The translations under genes and the position numbers were made by a program. Below, piece after piece: positions 59,232 through 64,000 of a stretch of 64,000 nt of DNA (positions are counted from its first letter, which is position 1; each line of letters starts with the position of its first letter). The notes under the pieces were generated by a model that saw nothing but the letters and a program-made list of their open reading frames with translations, did not search any database and was not told the origin of the DNA. The stretch is from Tubulanus polymorphus (Eukaryota > Animalia > Nemertea). Location: positions 16,950,560 through 17,014,559 of the forward strand of contig NC_134027.1 of NCBI RefSeq assembly GCF_964204645.1, in the 5' to 3' direction.

Positions 59232-61769
59232 TACAACTTTAAAGAGAATATAACAATAATGCACCTGTCACGTGTATGTTATTTATACCCAGTAAATGAC
59301 GCCTCAAAATAAATGTATTTATTATTTACATAATGATCAACAACTTCATGAAATTGATCATTTTGGGGGCATATGCCAACACTGTAGCTTTTTCCAGATG
59401 TCAGTAGACTTAAAAAAACCACTTCCCTCTCATCATGAACTTTATCACAATTTATTTCTGCCACTTGTGTGTGCTTAGCACACATTTGAAATTCAAAACA
59501 TTTGCGTTCACTATTCGTTTTTTCTCCATTTACATATAATGATTGTACGTATGTACATGAGATGAGCTATGATTCTATGAAATAGCGGAGTATTAAATAA
59601 AAGTACAAATCAGTCTTATCGTTAAGGCTTTTATCAGCATTTTAAATTACAACATTACTTAAATCAACCGTCATCCACACTCAAGAGATATGCACGAAAT
59701 CGAAAAACAGTTGGACATAGAATGTAATAATGCATCACATATGTACCAATGAAATGCCGCTTTAAAACTTACTTTCGAATTTATTCAAGCTTTTATTTCA
59801 CCTTTTTGATGCGAGATACCACATTAAGATGGCCACGCTTATGCCGTTCCTTGATTAAAGTTCAAAATTTAATAGTGTCATGGTATCATTGCTGGCAAGC
59901 ATAGCGCCTTATACCTATAGGAAAAACCTTCCACCATCGACGGTAATATTCGTGGAAATACAACTAAAATATATTCATTTTACAAAGAGGTTCAGAAATT
60001 TTACACGGAAGTAATACTAATACATACTGTACTCAAATATTCACATATACTTTTCTATTGACATAAAAGTTACCACAATAAATGCGTCTCGCTATCTTTC
60101 GATACATGGTAGCTTTGTGACATTAACAGTTTTGTGGTATTTGTACACGCATTTATATTCATTTTCGAAGCCATTGTCGTCAGAATGTTCTTCAATATCT
60201 CCAGATGTATAATCAAATGATGCGTAACAGGTTTCAACTGAAAATAAAACGATCGTCCAAAAAAGAGCGTAGTTGTATTGGTTGTATTTCCTTTCACTCA
60301 AAAAAATTGCATTTGCCTTTAGGGAAAAATTCTGACGTTTCAAAACGTATTTTTACCAATGCGGCTAGAAAATATATTATAAAGTACAATACTTAAAAAT
60401 CCTAATTAACATCGAAATTCGAAAGATGCTACGGGGGCCGGGCTTTCTAGAAACCTGCCAATGATTTTTAGAATGAGCCCGATCAATGCAGCAAATGAAA
60501 AAAAAAAACAGTAAATTCTTCTTAATAAGGAAAAACGAGAAAAAATGATGTTACAAAATTACCTTGCGTTGCCTCTCTGAATGACCCCGCCAAAGGCTCT
60601 GTTCCAATTATGACTGGCACATCGACGTCAATCGAATCGTACATACCACTCGGTTCAATGCAAACCTAATATGAATCAAAATGTACAAATGTATTCGTAT
60701 CGAACAACTGTAAAAAAGTAAATTTCGATATTTTTCAGTACACAAATTGAATCAAGAGCATAGTCTGGGTCCCAGATCCCTCCTACTGCACATTGTGCGG
60801 ATTCTATGAAATTTCAGGGTTTGGTGGAAACATATATGGCGTAAATTTTAGAAGGGTGCCCACTCATCCAGGCCTTTTTTAAAGATTCCTCCCATTTGTC
60901 CAAGTGCGTATGCTGAATATGATGTAAATAAACCGATTTCAGTGATCTTAGGGTTCAACTCCAGTTTTCTGGTTGAATAGTGACTTCTTTCGACAATCAG
61001 TAGCATTGTCAAAAACATTTCCTTCAACAATCCGACAATCAGAAACCAAACAACGTCGAGAAAAATTCCATCGACAATCCAACATAATAAATATCATTTT
61101 TCTAATGTGTCTATTCGAGTTAATTTGATGATAACAAATCAACTCAATTCATTTTGATTCCATACAAGGTCATAAAATATGACATGATAGAATATAACAA
61201 AATGTATAAACGGCGATGAGTGAAAGCATATAAATACCACAAATGTGCGCAAAAATGGCACTTAGATATTTAGATATATTTACAATATATTTAGTATCAT
61301 TCATTAGATAAATTAATTTCAATACATTTGAACGTTGCTAATAGTGCTTGCGAATGAATTTTTTACTTCATTCAGTATACAGCTGACATTCAATTAATAC
61401 ATGATATTAATCGCCGATTCTATTACAAACTGGGCAATTCAATTGACCCCTGTCCCTGTGTGAATACTATTATAGTGAATACACCCTGTCCTGTCCAGAA
61501 AAGCCTAGTCATCAGTTGACAGCCATTGAAAACGAAAATCACCGAGCACGTAAAACTTGCACATTAAACTCTATAGAATACAGGAATACATTTTACTCTG
61601 GTTCCTAATAATTTGTACAAAAAGGTAAGTAATCTAGATTGTATATCAACATCCAGAGATAGAACACCTAGTTCACTGTACACCATACAAGAAGGGTTGC
61701 GTGTTTTGACTCCTAAAACTATCTGGAGGAACTTTTTCATTCTTTAACTCATCTAATTTAGTTTCTAAG

Positions 61770-64000
61770 AGTCGAAAAATAAATTCTCGCACACTCGAAT
61801 TTATTTTTCGACCCTTCAACCTTTCTTATGAACCCCCATTATCCCTATTACTCTTGAAATATTCATGTATATGAATATGAATAACTTCTAAAATCAATTT
61901 AAATAAAAAATTTGATATTAAAGGTATGATAATGATAATATGATGATATGATAAAAAATTATGTAAAATTAATATAGACAAATCTCAAAAAGCAAGACAC
62001 AATAAAACTAAAACAAATTTAGAAAATACATTGAAATTAGAACATAAAGATGATATATTAGAAACTAAATTAGATGAATTAAAGAATGAAAAAGAAACAT
62101 ACAAATGTGATACATGTAATCAATAATTCAGTGAAAAATGATATTATGAACAACATACATGGAAGATGTAACAAAATTATATTAATTCATTAGATAATAA
62201 AAAAGGAAATAGAGATAACTGAACCATTCAAAAGTGATATTGGTCCAGCTGCTATTGAGTATAAATTTCACAAAGGTAAAACATTAGAAGAAAATAAAAA
62301 ACATATAATATGAAAATATGAAAAATATTATAAAAATAACTACTTATGTTGAATACCCTAAAATTAGCATATCAGTTAAAGTTAAGTTTATAAAATCTGA
62401 AGATAAACCAATATATAATATAAATTCCCATTCACAACATAATATTTCAAAACAGCATATAGATGAAAAATTAGATAAATGTTATAATGAAGTAAAAACT
62501 AAAATAGAAGAGAAATATTTTGAAGGATCAGGTTTAATATTTGATGAAATAATATTTATGACTTTACATGTTTATAACACAAAATATAATAAGTTAACTA
62601 AATCAAAACCAATTGACGAAAATAATTTATCATATTATAAAGATGATAATATTAATGGATCAAGTTATATTAAACTACCATTTAAAACTAATGCTGTTAT
62701 AAATGTACAAAATTCTGATGATAAATGTTTTCTATGGACAATTATAAGTTGTTTACATCCAACAGAAGATATTACACATAGTCTAAGATTAACAAATTGT
62801 AAACAATTTGAAAATAATTATAAGATAGACAGTTATCCTGTTAGAATTAAAAATATCCCAAAAATAGAAAGAGATAATAATCTGAAAATAAATGTATTCG
62901 ATTTAATCAAATACAAAAGGCAATAAAATTGAACATTTTACATTAGAACCTCTATACCTATCAAAAGATTATGATTCAAATGGTGTTATAAATATATTAT
63001 ATTATGAAAATCATTATATGTGGATTAAACAAATCGATTCAATTTTTAGAACAGAAAATGATCACCATAAAATGTATCTATGTAGAACTAAATGTATAAC
63101 TAAATTCAGTAATGAAAGTGCATTATTAAATCGTGAACCATTATGTGATAATCATGATTATTGTAAAATAGTTTTACCAAATGAATAGGATAAAATATTA
63201 GAATTCAAAAAATATGATTACAAGAATAAAGTACCATTTGTAATATATGGAGATTTTGAATCACTAATTAAGGAATTAACTGATCAATATAGAAAAGAAA
63301 TATATTATAAAAGAAAGAAATTAAATTCTAATGAAAATGATGTAATTGATTATTCAGATCCTCCAATAACAAATACTATTAAAAAGATTCATCAAAGTGC
63401 TACAGCTTTTAGATTATATATAAAATCTGATTATCCAGTTGAACTAATTGAAAGTGAATATTATAATTATAGAAATGAAAATGTTATAATTCATTTTTGT
63501 GACTTATTAATTGAGTATGAAATCAAATTTAGTAAAATATTAAATACAAATATAGAAATAATTATGACAGAAGAAGATAAAGAAGAATTTGAGTTTTCAG
63601 ATAAATGTAATTATTGTGAAAAACTATTTAATTTTAAAGATAAAAAAGTAAGAGATCATGATCATTTGAATGGAAAGTTTAGAGGTGCAGCGCATGAGAA
63701 TTGTAACTTAAAAACTAAGAAAATTAATTTTGTTCAAGTAATATTTCATAATTTATCAGGGTATGATGCACATTTATTCATCAAACAGCTATGTCAAAAA
63801 ATAGAAGAAATAATTAATGAAATAGAAAGATTGAATTTCAAATAGATGAAAAGATGAAATACCAACTTATAAATTTAAAATCTTAGCTAAAACATCTGAG
63901 AATTATATATCTTTCCAATTTGGATGTCTAAGATTTATAGATTCATATAGATTTTTAAGTAGTTCATTAGATAATTTATCTAAATCATTAGTTGATGATG
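61770..64000 (+). mobile_element. Third Polinton A copy (partial hairpin plus decayed pPolB 5' half), runs off the window
   Basis: Hairpin core TAAATTCTCGCACACTCGAATTTA; ORFs 62318-62926 and 63564-63845 match pPolB A. Confidence 0.9.

Noticed and set aside
56862-61142. Short ORFs in host-like DNA
   Set aside because: No recognisable domains or supportable exon structure
14575-61851. Parvovirus-like flip/flop isomers of the terminal hairpin
   Set aside because: All four A hairpins have the same loop orientation relative to the element interior

Overview
Animal-type (probably invertebrate) genomic DNA dominated by nested Polinton/Maverick (adintovirus-like) endogenous viruses; no host protein gene is recognisable. 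Polinton A (17710-56405, hairpin-ended TIRs) contains a complete Polinton B (26807-50798, 90-bp TIRs, TATATA TSD), which in turn contains a young BEL/Pao LTR retrotransposon (29905-36706). Further decayed A and B copies, a third hairpin-ended element, a second BEL relic, MITEs, a Helentron-like and a Sola-like non-autonomous element and Penelope relics fill the rest. The main highlight is that both Polinton protein-primed DNA polymerases carry a 355-codon LAGLIDADG intein in the catalytic YxD^TD motif, intact in B, resembling the giant-virus PolB inteins. Polinton B also encodes a VLTF3-like (poxvirus/NCLDV late transcription factor) protein, and 14 of its 15 genes start with a poxvirus-like TAAATG. 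Polinton A has an NCLDV-type HNH gene. All family assignments come from motif recognition by eye, without database searches.
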